Below are positions 27,052 through 36,366 of a DNA stretch of 64,000 nucleotides, piece by piece. Below the pieces are notes generated by a model, which was not told the origin of the DNA, searched no databases, and saw only the letters and a program-made list of their open reading frames with translations. A program made the translations under genes and the position numbers. How positions within the stretch are numbered: position 1 is the stretch's first letter; each line of letters opens with the position of its first letter. The DNA is from Candidatus Poribacteria bacterium (GTDB taxonomy: Bacteria; Poribacteria; WGA-4E; WGA-3G), in the NCBI GenBank assembly GCA_007571305.1, contig RKRR01000138.1:27331-91330 (forward strand). The letters run 5' to 3'.

Positions 27052-29250
27052 TTGACCGATAACCTATTAAGTTCCTTAAATGATGTTCAACGCGAAGCCG
27101 TCCAGCACGTTGAAGGACCGCTCCTCATCTTATCCGGTGCCGGCAGCGGAAAGACGCGCGTCATCACACACCGAATTGCCTACCTCCTCGAACATTACGA
27201 TGTCTCTCCGTACCGTATCCTCGCTGTGACCTTTACAAACAAGGCAGCAAAGGAGATGAAAGATCGGTTGGATCTGCTTGTTGAAGGTAATGTGAGCCAG
27301 GATCTCTGGGTGGCCACCTTCCATTCGACCTGTGCTCGCATACTCCGCCGAGATATTGAGAGGTTAGGCACGCATGCGGAGTCAGAAAACAGATCCCAAT
27401 CCAGAGTTCGCGCCTACACCCGCGATTTTACTATCTTCGATACAGGTGAGCAAGCCACGCTTGTCAAGGACGTGCTCCGACAACTTAACTATAGTGACAA
27501 GCAGTACAATCCGCGCGCCATCCTCAGCCACATTAGTCGTGCGAAAAATGAATCTATATCACCGGAGACGTACCAGAATATAGCAGATGGCTATTTTGAA
27601 CGGATCGTGGCAGAGGTCTATACGCTCTATCAAGATGCTCTGCGTGTGAACAACTCTCTTGATTTCGATGATTTACTGCTTTTCACAGTGGAGCTCCTGA
27701 ATGAAAATCTTGAGATCCGCCAATTTTATCAGAACAAATTTGAATATATCCTCGTTGATGAGTATCAAGATACCAATAGATGTCAATATGAGTTAGTGAA
27801 TTTATTAGCTGGCGAGAAGCAGAACATCTGTGTCGTCGGAGACGATGACCAGTCTATCTACGCCTTCCGCGGTGCGGACATCAGAAATATCCTTGATTTT
27901 GAGCAGGATTATCCGAACACACGTGTCCTCCGTTTGGAGCAGAACTATCGTTCCACCCAAAACATCTTAGATGCCGCATGGGGGGTTGTGCACAACAATA
28001 GGGCGCGGAAAGCGAAAAAACTCTGGACAGAAAACGATCTTGGCGAACCTGTTACATGCTATGAGGCGATGGACGAAAACGACGAGGCGGGTTACGTCGG
28101 CACACAAATTGAGGATTGGCACGCCGAAGGCGTAGATTACAAAGCTTTTGCCGTCTTTTACCGGACCAACGCCCAATCCCGAATCTTTGAAGAGGCATTC
28201 CGCGCTGCAGACATCCCGTATCAGATTGTCGGGGGTGTCGGTTTCTATGATCGGATGGAGATCAAAGATATCCTTGCCTACCTCCGTGTAGTGTGTAATC
28301 CCAACGACTCTATGAGTGTTCGGCGTATTATCAACGTGCCAAGTCGCGGCATCGGGGCTACAACACTTGACAGGCTTATCAATTTTGCGGCACAGGAAGG
28401 GATTTCTCTCTTTGAAGCTATCCAACGTGTCGATGAAATTACCACCATTAACCGTGGTCTCCAAGCGAAGGTGCAACGTTTTGCTAAGATTTTTGATGAT
28501 TTCGATGCATCTATGCTACCCGCTGATGCCCTTGACTATGTTTTAAAGGCAACTGGCTACCTGAAAAATTTAAAGGATCAGAGGACAATTGAAGCTCAAA
28601 ACCGCGTTGAGAACATTGAGGAATTGATTAACGCCGTTGTAGAATATGAACAGAACACATCTGAACCAACCCTTTCAGATTATTTGGAGAACGTGGCACT
28701 CATAGCTGATATAGACACTATGGAGACCGATACAACCGATATGGTTACATTGATGACCTTGCACAGTGCGAAAGGTTTGGAGTTTCCGTTTGTTTTCATT
28801 GTCGGTCTGGAAGAGGGGTATCTACCGCATCAACGTTCACTTGATACGCAAGCGGAATTGGAGGAAGAACGACGACTCTGTTACGTCGGGATCACACGAG
28901 CCATGGAGCAGTTATATCTCTCACATGCAAGTTCGAGGAGAACGTTTCGAGAGACGGAGTACCGTATCCCATCTCGTTTTATCTCTGAAATTCCTGAACA
29001 GCTCATCAAACATGTTGATCGGTACCGATCTCCCTTTCGTCAATTGGAGAGGCTGTATGAAATAGTTCCTGAAAGTGCAGGGGATTACTACGTCGACCAG
29101 ATTGTTCTCCACCCGAAATTCGGGAGGGGTAAGATAACGAAAATCAGTGGAGCCGGTCAGGATGGTTATGTTACCGTTCGTTTTAGTCGTGCTGGAACGA
29201 AGCAATTCGCTGCTTCAGTCGCACCACTGCAAACAGTATCTGATGAATAA
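27052..29250 (+). CDS. pcrA: ATP-dependent DNA helicase, UvrD/PcrA family
   Basis: TTG start. SF1 motifs GAGSGKT, VDEYQDTN, QNYRS, TLHSAKGLEF and VGITRA. 732 aa. Confidence 0.92.
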   Translation: MTDNLLSSLNDVQREAVQHVEGPLLILSGAGSGKTRVITHRIAYLLEHYDVSPYRILAVTFTNKAAKEMKDRLDLLVEGNVSQDLWVATFHSTCARILRRDIERLGTHAESENRSQSRVRAYTRDFTIFDTGEQATLVKDVLRQLNYSDKQYNPRAILSHISRAKNESISPETYQNIADGYFERIVAEVYTLYQDALRVNNSLDFDDLLLFTVELLNENLEIRQFYQNKFEYILVDEYQDTNRCQYELVNLLAGEKQNICVVGDDDQSIYAFRGADIRNILDFEQDYPNTRVLRLEQNYRSTQNILDAAWGVVHNNRARKAKKLWTENDLGEPVTCYEAMDENDEAGYVGTQIEDWHAEGVDYKAFAVFYRTNAQSRIFEEAFRAADIPYQIVGGVGFYDRMEIKDILAYLRVVCNPNDSMSVRRIINVPSRGIGATTLDRLINFAAQEGISLFEAIQRVDEITTINRGLQAKVQRFAKIFDDFDASMLPADALDYVLKATGYLKNLKDQRTIEAQNRVENIEELINAVVEYEQNTSEPTLSDYLENVALIADIDTMETDTTDMVTLMTLHSAKGLEFPFVFIVGLEEGYLPHQRSLDTQAELEEERRLCYVGITRAMEQLYLSHASSRRTFRETEYRIPSRFISEIPEQLIKHVDRYRSPFRQLERLYEIVPESAGDYYVDQIVLHPKFGRGKITKISGAGQDGYVTVRFSRAGTKQFAASVAPLQTVSDE

Positions 29251-29269
29251 GAGGATAAAATAGTAAAAA

Positions 29270-29602
29270 ATGGCAACAATTACGATTGAGGGCGTGCGAC
29301 ATGTCGCAAACTTGGCCCGCCTGGAATTTAACGAGGAAGAGACAGGACACTTTACCGAGCAGCTGACCCGCATTTTGGACTATATCGGGAAGTTGAATGA
29401 GCTCGAGACAGATGATGTACCACCGACATCGCACATCCATCCGCATCAAGTTTTCATCATGGGTTCAGAGTCTGAGGCATCTCATGTCGCCAAGCCGGAT
29501 GTTGTCAAACCCTCATACCCACGCGAAAAAGTGCTCGCGAATGCTCCTGAAGTTGAAGAGGGATACTTCGGCGTTCCCAGAGTGGTTGACCGTAGCCATT
29601 AA
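29270..29602 (+). CDS. gatC: Asp/Glu-tRNA amidotransferase subunit C
   Basis: ITIEGVRHVANLARLEFNEEE...ILDYIGKLNELETDDVPPTSH is the typical GatC pattern, and gatA follows downstream. Confidence 0.9.
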   Translation: MATITIEGVRHVANLARLEFNEEETGHFTEQLTRILDYIGKLNELETDDVPPTSHIHPHQVFIMGSESEASHVAKPDVVKPSYPREKVLANAPEVEEGYFGVPRVVDRSH

Positions 29603-29613
29603 GCGTTTTTTAT

Positions 29614-29732
29614 AGGACTTACGCGTGCTGCTCTTTTGTAGCATAACCTGTTGGGGTGTGTCAGGGAACCGTGTGTTTTTTGTCGGTTCGCCCGCTCAGA
29701 GACCGTATGATTGTCAAAATTGCATAAGTCCT
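29614..29732 (+). repeat. MITE-like repeat, family A, copy A1
   Basis: Termini AGGACTTACGC ... GCATAAGTCCT. Core TGTAGCATAACCTGTTGGGGTGTG. Flanks TTTTAT / TTTTAC. Confidence 0.8.
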
Positions 29733-29754
29733 GTTTTACTAACGCACCGCCGCC

Positions 29755-29787
29755 CCGCTCCCCATTCCATTACGAGTGAGTTTTCGG
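29755..29787 (+). repeat. short dispersed repeat, family E, copy E2
   Basis: CCGCTCCCCATTCCATTACGAGTGAGTTTTCGG matches 11814-11845. Confidence 0.5.
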
Positions 29788-29951
29788 GCATCTGAAACTG
29801 CAACCCTTTGATAGCAAAAGGAATACCCAGGCAAAAACGCCTCGCCACATAACATCAAAAACGTTAGCCCATTGTCCTGTAAGCCCACACGCGGCTTGTG
29901 CAAGTGAATGGGTTTTTGATGGGGTGTTTCTTCAACTCGAACACGGAACAC

Positions 29952-31451
29952 ATGAAGATACAAGCAACCGATACTTCTCCGCAGGAAAAATTAGAAAGAT
30001 TGACGGCACATGTCCTGCATGAAAAACTCAAAGCCCGTGAGATCACTGCTGTGGAACTCACCGAATCTGTTTATGCACGTATTGCTGCGGTGGAACCTCA
30101 CGTCAAGGGCTACCTGACGCTCACAAAGGATCTTGCCTTGGAGCAGGCGAGTCTTGCCGATGCCGGGTTTCAGAAAGGTGACGATATGTCACCTCTGGCT
30201 GGCATCCCGATTGCAATTAAAGATGTGATATGCACGCAGGACGTTCGCACGACCTGTGCTTCTAAGATCCTTGAAACTTTCGTGCCACCCTATGACGCAA
30301 CCGTCATGACGAAACTCCATGAACAAAGTATTGTTATGCTCGGTAAGACGAACATGGATGAGTTTGCGATGGGGTCCTCTACAGAAAACTCGGCATATCA
30401 GATTACACACAATCCGTGGGATTTGGGCACTATCCCTGGTGGTTCCAGTGGTGGTTCTGCCGCTGTGGTATCTGCGGATACTGCTATCTGTTCGCTGGGT
30501 TCGGATACTGGGGGTTCGATCCGACAACCCGCTGCACTCTGTGGTGTTGTTGGAATGAAGCCGACGTATGGGCGTGTCTCCCGTTACGGTTTAGTTGCAT
30601 TCGCTTCCTCACTTGACCAGATCGGTCCTTTTACCAAAGATGTCACCGATTGTGCGTTGATACTCAATGCCATCTGTGGGAGGGACGCTATGGATGCCAC
30701 TTCTGTTGATATACCCGTCCCTGATTTCACGCAGAGTCTGATTAACGACGTGAAAGGCGTGAAAATCGGTATCCCCAAGGAGTATTTCACACCGGCGTTA
30801 GATCCAGAAATTGCCGATCGGGTGCACACTGCTATCGCTGTTCTTGAATCTGTCGGAGCGACGGTTGAGGAAATTTCTTTGCCGCATACGGAATATGCCA
30901 TTGCGACCTACTATATTATCGCTCCCGCTGAAGCGAGCGCAAACCTCGCAAGGTACGATGGGGTTCGCTACGGATATCGGAAGGAGAATCCGGAGGATCT
31001 GATTGATATGTATAAAACCACGCGGAGTGAAGGATTCGGTGAAGAGGTGAAGCGTCGGATTATGATCGGCACCTTCGCACTGAGTGCAGGCTATCAAGAC
31101 GCATATTATCGAAAGGCGCAAAAAGTGCGGACACTCATCAAATCTGACTTTGATGCCGCGTTTGAGAAAGTTGACGTTATTGCAACGCCGACTTCGCCGA
31201 CACCCGCATTCAAAATAGGGGAACGGACTGCTGATCCCTTGCAAATGTATCTGTCCGATGTGATGACAACGCCTGCGAGTCATGCCGGGTTGCCCGGTAT
31301 CTCTGTCCCCTGTGGTTTTGTAGAGGATGGGTTACCGGTTGGGTTGCAACTGCTCGGTGCGCCTTTTGCGGAAGAAAAAGTGCTGCGCGTTGCTTATACC
31401 TTTGAGCAGAACACGGATCACCACCGACAGAAGCCGCAGATCGGAATTTGA
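29952..31451 (+). CDS. gatA: Asp/Glu-tRNA amidotransferase subunit A
   Basis: Amidase signature [11 protein letters not shown] and [15 protein letters not shown] at 29952 is chosen because the track start at 29898 extends towards the repeat-filled spacer. Confidence 0.93.
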   Translation: MKIQATDTSPQEKLERLTAHVLHEKLKAREITAVELTESVYARIAAVEPHVKGYLTLTKDLALEQASLADAGFQKGDDMSPLAGIPIAIKDVICTQDVRTTCASKILETFVPPYDATVMTKLHEQSIVMLGKTNMDEFAMGSSTENSAYQITHNPWDLGTIPGGSSGGSAAVVSADTAICSLGSDTGGSIRQPAALCGVVGMKPTYGRVSRYGLVAFASSLDQIGPFTKDVTDCALILNAICGRDAMDATSVDIPVPDFTQSLINDVKGVKIGIPKEYFTPALDPEIADRVHTAIAVLESVGATVEEISLPHTEYAIATYYIIAPAEASANLARYDGVRYGYRKENPEDLIDMYKTTRSEGFGEEVKRRIMIGTFALSAGYQDAYYRKAQKVRTLIKSDFDAAFEKVDVIATPTSPTPAFKIGERTADPLQMYLSDVMTTPASHAGLPGISVPCGFVEDGLPVGLQLLGAPFAEEKVLRVAYTFEQNTDHHRQKPQIGI

Positions 31452-31462
31452 AGGAGTGATTT

Positions 31463-31945
31463 GTGATGAATGCTTTAGTAGCACCATTCGGCGGACTCCT
31501 CGGCTCGGCAATTGGCGGCGTACTTTGGGCGAAATATATCCAGTGGACAGGACACACTGCTGGTTTTATCGCTATCGGTATTGGTATATTTATTGGAGCA
31601 GGGATGCTCTTGACAAGCAGCCGATGCCTCGAACGTGATGCGAGAACGATGTGGCGCGTTATCAGCACTGCGGCTGCGTTTTTCGCTATACTTGGTATCT
31701 TTATTGGGAAATACTTGGACGTTCAGTGGAATGCGGTTGCGCAAATTGCGGAACAATTGAGCCAAGAACATAATATATCTATAGAGCAAGCCTTGCCAAT
31801 CGCGAAGACTGTGTTTAACGGGCAGTCTGTGTGGGAACTTATGCAGACACGGATGAGTCGTATTGATCTGCTTTATTGTGCTGCCGCAGCTTTTATCGCT
31901 TTTCGGATTCCAAGTATCCAAAGGCTACGAGACTACCTTTATTAA
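31463..31945 (+). CDS. hypothetical membrane protein
   Basis: Several hydrophobic segments. AAGGAG lies 6 nt upstream of GTG/ATG at 31463/31466. Confidence 0.6.
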   Translation: MMNALVAPFGGLLGSAIGGVLWAKYIQWTGHTAGFIAIGIGIFIGAGMLLTSSRCLERDARTMWRVISTAAAFFAILGIFIGKYLDVQWNAVAQIAEQLSQEHNISIEQALPIAKTVFNGQSVWELMQTRMSRIDLLYCAAAAFIAFRIPSIQRLRDYLY

Positions 31946-31946
31946 T

Positions 31947-32065
31947 AGGACTTACACGTGCTGCTCTTTTGTAGAAGAACCTGTGAGGTTGTGCCACGAG
32001 AACATTTGTGTCTTTGGGGTTCTCCTTCTCACAAAGTGTCTTATGGTCAAAATTGCGTAAGTTCT
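31947..32065 (+). repeat. MITE-like repeat, family A, copy A2
   Basis: AGGACTTACAC ... GCGTAAGTTCT. ATTAAT is present on both flanks. Confidence 0.8.
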
Positions 32066-32218
32066 GATTAATAAAGACTTGCAGAAATGTTCTAATTATT
32101 AAGTTTTCGCTCTAAAGAAACGCCCGAGCAAAAATCCCTCCACTCTGTTTCGGGCAGGTTTTCGCGAAGATCGTGAGGGATTTCGTAACTTGTATGGGAC
32201 GAAAGGAGAAGGTAAAAA

Positions 32219-33664
32219 ATGAAATTTTTAACGATAGGTTTTGGCTCGCGAACTTCCTCCAAAACCTGTTTTCACATCTTGTTATCAATATTTCTTATTT
32301 CCGCACTTCTACCGATCGGTTGGAGCTCAGAAGAAACCGGCAAGACATCCGAGGACGAATTGGTAGAAAACCTCGCGCTTTTCTCAGAAATCTTTGCTTA
32401 TATCAAGCAAGCGCATCTTGACGCGCCGAATGCTAAGGAACTCGTAGAGGGTGCTATCAAGGGCGCGCTTCGCGAATTAGACCCATATAGTCAATACATT
32501 CCAGACTACGCTGCCTTTCGAACCCAAAACCGTGGTAACTACGGTGGTCTCGGAATGCTGATCGGAATTCGAGAGGATATGTTGACTGTGGTTACGCCTT
32601 TTAAAGGGAGTCCGGCTTCGTTGGCTGGTTTACAAAGCGGAGATGTTATTAGTCATATTGAAGGTGAATCAACAGCTGTAATGACCTTAAATGAGGCAGT
32701 CGAGCAATTGCTTGGTGAACCGGGGACTCCAGTTTCCATCACGGTCGTGCGTCAGAACGATAACCGTCCCTTTGAGGTGACTGTCACACGTGAAGTCATT
32801 CGGATTCCGAGCGTTGAGCAGAATCTGATTGGAGATAATATCGGCTATATCAAAATCAATCAATTTCTTGGGACGACAGCGAACGATGTAGATAACGCTT
32901 TGTTGGACTTCAAAGCAGAGAATGTCCGTGGTGTTATTCTCGACCTCCGCTCAAATCCTGGAGGACTACTCACTTCAGCTGTTGATATCGCGAGCGATTT
33001 CCTTGCCCCCGATCAGCTTGTTGTTTACAGTGAGGGAATTGAGCCGCGTGAGGACTTCAAGTCGAAAGGTGAAAAAAGGGAGCACTTTCCCTTGATTGTA
33101 CTTGTTAATGGTGGGAGCGCGAGTGCTTCTGAGATCGTCGCCGGGGCTATCAAAGACCATAGACGCGGACTTGTCATGGGTAACAAAACCTTCGGGAAAG
33201 CCTCTGTTCAACGTGTGTTTCCACTGAGCAATGCCAAATCTGCTGTGAAATTAACCGCGGCGCGTTACTTTACACCGAACGGAATCAATATCGACAAGGT
33301 CGGCATTACTCCAGATGTTAAGTCCGCATGGTTTAGCCGATCTGAACGGCAGATGCAGTTGAAACTCCGCGATAATGAGAAACTCAAAACCTTTATAGAT
33401 GAGAATGGCGACGACGTGTTGGTCCAACTCGCGACCGCTGAGCATGCCTCGCGCGATGACCGCCATGCGGCAAAAATCCTGCGGAGTTACCAACGTTTGA
33501 GTGATGCCCTGACTGAAGAACAGATTGTTCTCAGCGATATCGGCATTAAATACGCACTTGCTCAAATTACAGAAAACGACCGTGATGAATTAGAGCACGA
33601 TCCGCAAATCGTCGCCGCGATGGAACAATTGAAGGTGCTTGAACTCTTTGCAATGGAGAACTAA
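32219..33664 (+). CDS. S41-family carboxyl-terminal processing protease with PDZ domain
   Basis: PDZ (GSPASLAGLQSGDVI) and catalytic region (NGGSASASEIVAGAIKDHRRGLVMGNKTFGKASVQ). Signal-like N-terminus. Confidence 0.88.
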   Translation: MKFLTIGFGSRTSSKTCFHILLSIFLISALLPIGWSSEETGKTSEDELVENLALFSEIFAYIKQAHLDAPNAKELVEGAIKGALRELDPYSQYIPDYAAFRTQNRGNYGGLGMLIGIREDMLTVVTPFKGSPASLAGLQSGDVISHIEGESTAVMTLNEAVEQLLGEPGTPVSITVVRQNDNRPFEVTVTREVIRIPSVEQNLIGDNIGYIKINQFLGTTANDVDNALLDFKAENVRGVILDLRSNPGGLLTSAVDIASDFLAPDQLVVYSEGIEPREDFKSKGEKREHFPLIVLVNGGSASASEIVAGAIKDHRRGLVMGNKTFGKASVQRVFPLSNAKSAVKLTAARYFTPNGINIDKVGITPDVKSAWFSRSERQMQLKLRDNEKLKTFIDENGDDVLVQLATAEHASRDDRHAAKILRSYQRLSDALTEEQIVLSDIGIKYALAQITENDRDELEHDPQIVAAMEQLKVLELFAMEN

Positions 33665-33676
33665 GGAGGAAGTATA

Positions 33677-35176
33677 ATGGCTGATGTTAGTCTTCTTAAA
33701 GACGGTTCGCAGGCGGTGTCAGGGGTCCAAACGTCGCTACCGAACTACGTGAATAATACATGGCAGCAGTCGGAGGCAACTGAACTGATCAACGTCACGA
33801 ATCCAGCGACTGGGGAAGTCCTCACCCAAGTACCACTTTCACCCGCAGAAGAGGTCCATCAAGCCGCTGCAGCCGCCGCCGATGCGCTCCATGAATGGCG
33901 GCGGACACCACCTGTCCAACGCATTCAGTATCTCTTTGCCCTGAAAAACCTTTTAGAGGAGAATTTGGAGGATATCGCCAGAACAATTACATTGGAGTGT
34001 GGAAAAACGCTTGACGAAGCAACGGGTGAAATGCGGCGTGCGATTGAGAATGTTGAGGTCGCCTGTGGTATCCCGACACTCATGCAAGGCACGAACTTGG
34101 AAGATATTGCTACCGGGATTGACGAATTTATGATCCGCCAACCTGTTGGTGTGTGTGCTGTAATTGCACCTTTCAATTTTCCGGGAATGATTACCTTCTG
34201 GTTTCTGCCTTATGCCATTGCCTGTGGCAACACCTACATCGTGAAACCTTCCGAAAAGGTGCCAATCACGATGCAAAAGATATTTCAATTACTGGAACAG
34301 ACGGGACTGCCGAAAGGCGTTGTCAATCTTGTGAATGGTGGTAGGGAGACTGTGGACGCACTCTTAACGCATCCAGATATTCGGGGCATCAGTTTCGTCG
34401 GGGCGACTGCGACTGCGAAAGAAATCTACGCGAAAGCTGCTGCAAACGGTAAACGCGTCCAGTGTCAAGGGGGCGCGAAAAATCCGCTGATTGTCCTTCC
34501 TGATGCTGATCCGCAGTTTACTGTCAACGCTGCAGTCGAGAGTGCCTTCGGCTGTGCTGGGCAACGGTGTCTTGCGGCATCTCTCACCCTCACTGTGGGT
34601 GAGGCACGCCACTGGTTCACAGAAGCCATCGCCGACACCGCCGCTGATCGGGTGGTCGGAAATGGATTGGAAGAAGGTGTCGAGATGGGACCCGTCATCA
34701 CCTCTGAGAGCAGAAGCCGAATTGAAAACCTTATTCAAGCGGGGGCTGATGAGGGCGCGCAACTGCTTGTTGATGGCAGGTATCCGAGCATTCCCGGGGG
34801 TGAAAGCGGCAACTTTATTCGTCCCACGATCCTCAATGACCTTAACCCACAGGGTGATATTGCCAGGACCGAGATATTCGGACCCGTCTTAGGGCTTATC
34901 CATGTCGAAACGATTGACGATGCAATCGAACTCATCAATAGCGGGCGTTATGGCAACATGGCGTGTCTCTTTACGAGTAGTGGTGCATCTGCCCGTAAGT
35001 TCCGATATGAAGCAGAGATCGGTAATATCGGCATTAACATTGGTGTCGCCGCGCCGATGGCGTTCTTTCCTTTCAGCGGTTGGAAGGATAGTTTCTTCGG
35101 GGATCTCCACGGTCAGAGTTGGGATGCTGTGGACTTCTTCACGCAGAAGAAAGTCGTCGTTGAACGTTGGGCATAG
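33677..35176 (+). CDS. mmsA: methylmalonate-semialdehyde dehydrogenase (CoA-acylating)-like aldehyde dehydrogenase
   Basis: ALDH fold with [12 protein letters not shown] catalytic Cys context and PFNFP, plus EIFGPVL. 499 aa. Confidence 0.85.
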   Translation: MADVSLLKDGSQAVSGVQTSLPNYVNNTWQQSEATELINVTNPATGEVLTQVPLSPAEEVHQAAAAAADALHEWRRTPPVQRIQYLFALKNLLEENLEDIARTITLECGKTLDEATGEMRRAIENVEVACGIPTLMQGTNLEDIATGIDEFMIRQPVGVCAVIAPFNFPGMITFWFLPYAIACGNTYIVKPSEKVPITMQKIFQLLEQTGLPKGVVNLVNGGRETVDALLTHPDIRGISFVGATATAKEIYAKAAANGKRVQCQGGAKNPLIVLPDADPQFTVNAAVESAFGCAGQRCLAASLTLTVGEARHWFTEAIADTAADRVVGNGLEEGVEMGPVITSESRSRIENLIQAGADEGAQLLVDGRYPSIPGGESGNFIRPTILNDLNPQGDIARTEIFGPVLGLIHVETIDDAIELINSGRYGNMACLFTSSGASARKFRYEAEIGNIGINIGVAAPMAFFPFSGWKDSFFGDLHGQSWDAVDFFTQKKVVVERWA

Positions 35177-35184
35177 CCTTGTAT

Positions 35185-35211
35185 CCTTTTGCCGGTAATG
35201 AAAGGGTTTTT
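35185..35211 (+). terminator. weak intrinsic terminator candidate after mmsA
   Basis: CCTTTT-11 nt-AAAGGG followed by TTTTT. The stem is short and AT-rich. Confidence 0.3.
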
Positions 35212-35277
35212 GCGAATCAATAGTTTGCAATGCAGGCAGATTTAAGGGACGCATCTGATATTTCTAATGCACATAAT

Positions 35278-35377
35278 TTAACCCAAATTGCGAGTTCTGT
35301 AGCGTAGGGTGTTGGTCTCCTGCGCCGAAGCTGCACAACCTCACAGGTTATGCTACAAAGGTAGCAACTTGGGTTAA
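35278..35377 (+). repeat. MITE-like repeat, family B, short copy B3
   Basis: TTAACCCAAATTGC ... GCAACTTGGGTTAA. Two core hairpins in opposite orientation. AATTT duplicated on both flanks. Confidence 0.75.
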
Positions 35378-35407
35378 TTTAACCGCAAGGTTAAATTAAA
35401 TTAAAAT

Positions 35408-35431
35408 GGGTCGGGCGAATATGCCCGACCC
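35408..35431 (-). terminator. intrinsic terminator of the 35452-35955 gene
   Basis: GGGTCGGGC-6 nt-GCCCGACCC is a perfect 9-bp GC-rich stem. On the minus strand it is followed by ATTTTAATTTAATTT. Confidence 0.55.
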
Positions 35432-35451
35432 GGATTGATAGTGAGCAAACC

Positions 35452-35955
35452 TTAACGGTGTCTACGAGACTCTCGCTGGCTACGACGAACTTGGTTAGCA
35501 CGTTTCCGCATTTCTGTGCGCCGTTTCTCCTTTAATTCCATGAGTTTCGTCATCTGATCTTCTGTCAAAATTTTCTTGAGGCTCGCGTTGAATTTAGCAT
35601 GCGTTTCCTTGATGCTCTCACGGAGTTTCGTCATTGCAGCCCGCTTGTCATCAGATTTACGCGCCTCTTTAATCTGTGTCTGGAGCGTTTTACGGGTTTC
35701 CTGATAGATCGGATGTGCTTTTGCTAACGTCTCTGCATCAACTTCCATACCGAAAGTCAAATCTATCCAAGAGTGATTGAGAGCGGCAACGGGGTTTACT
35801 GTCGCTATTCTGCCACGAGCAGCACGAGTATTGTCATTGCGATACTGTTGTCTACTATGAACCTCTCGATGTGCTGCAGCCGTATTTTCAAAAACGACCA
35901 TTCCGACCATTGCGATTGTCGCGATTGCGCTGAGTACAAACCATTTCTTTTTCAT
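35452..35955 (-). CDS. periplasmic Spy/CpxP-like (LTxxQ motif) protein
   Basis: Signal peptide MKKKWFVLSAIATIAMVGMVVF, a helical charged body, and an LTEDQ motif. Confidence 0.6.
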   Translation of the reverse strand: MKKKWFVLSAIATIAMVGMVVFENTAAAHREVHSRQQYRNDNTRAARGRIATVNPVAALNHSWIDLTFGMEVDAETLAKAHPIYQETRKTLQTQIKEARKSDDKRAAMTKLRESIKETHAKFNASLKKILTEDQMTKLMELKEKRRTEMRKRANQVRRSQRESRRHR

Positions 35956-36072
35956 TTTTTTTCTCCTATCAGATTTATGATTTTGTGAATGCCCAATTAT
36001 CTTTTTAGGAAAGGCATTTACTTTTTGGTTTTACTCCTGTTAGTCATATCCGTTCAGAAAAGGTTCGTTTTT

Positions 36073-36199
36073 TATAGTAAAATCCGAAAATAATTTCACG
36101 CCTGTAGCATAGGAGACCGTTAGCCTGTGCTATTAAAAACATATAACTTCATCGTTCACACGACGATAGGTGTGTCCAAGTAATTACGGAATCTACTAT
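36073..36199 (+). repeat. MITE-like repeat, family C, copy C2
   Basis: TATAGTAAAATCCG ... CGGAATCTACTATA. Core TGTAGCATAGGAGACCGTTAGCCTGTGC. Confidence 0.75.
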
Positions 36200-36239
36200 A
36201 ATTTGTAAGAGTTTGAGAAGTATGCGAGTTTAAAGTTGT

Positions 36240-36360
36240 CAGCACTTGCGCCCGCTGCTCTTTTGTAGCATAACCTGTTAGGTTGTGCCGGGAGAACATC
36301 TGTGTTTTTTGGGTTCTGCCTTTCACAAAGCGTCCTCTGGTCAAAATTGCGTAAGTCATG
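36240..36360 (+). repeat. MITE-like repeat, family A, copy A3
   Basis: AGCACTTGCGC ... GCGTAAGTCAT. Consensus core. Flanks GTTGTC / GTTGTT. Confidence 0.8.
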
Positions 36361-36366
36361 GTTGTT

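Noticed and set aside
29898-29951. Longer gatA start proposed by the ORF track
   Set aside because: The extra 18 codons ([18 protein letters not shown]) extend towards the repeat-filled spacer and do not resemble GatA N-termini. The ATG at 29952 gives a normal-length protein.
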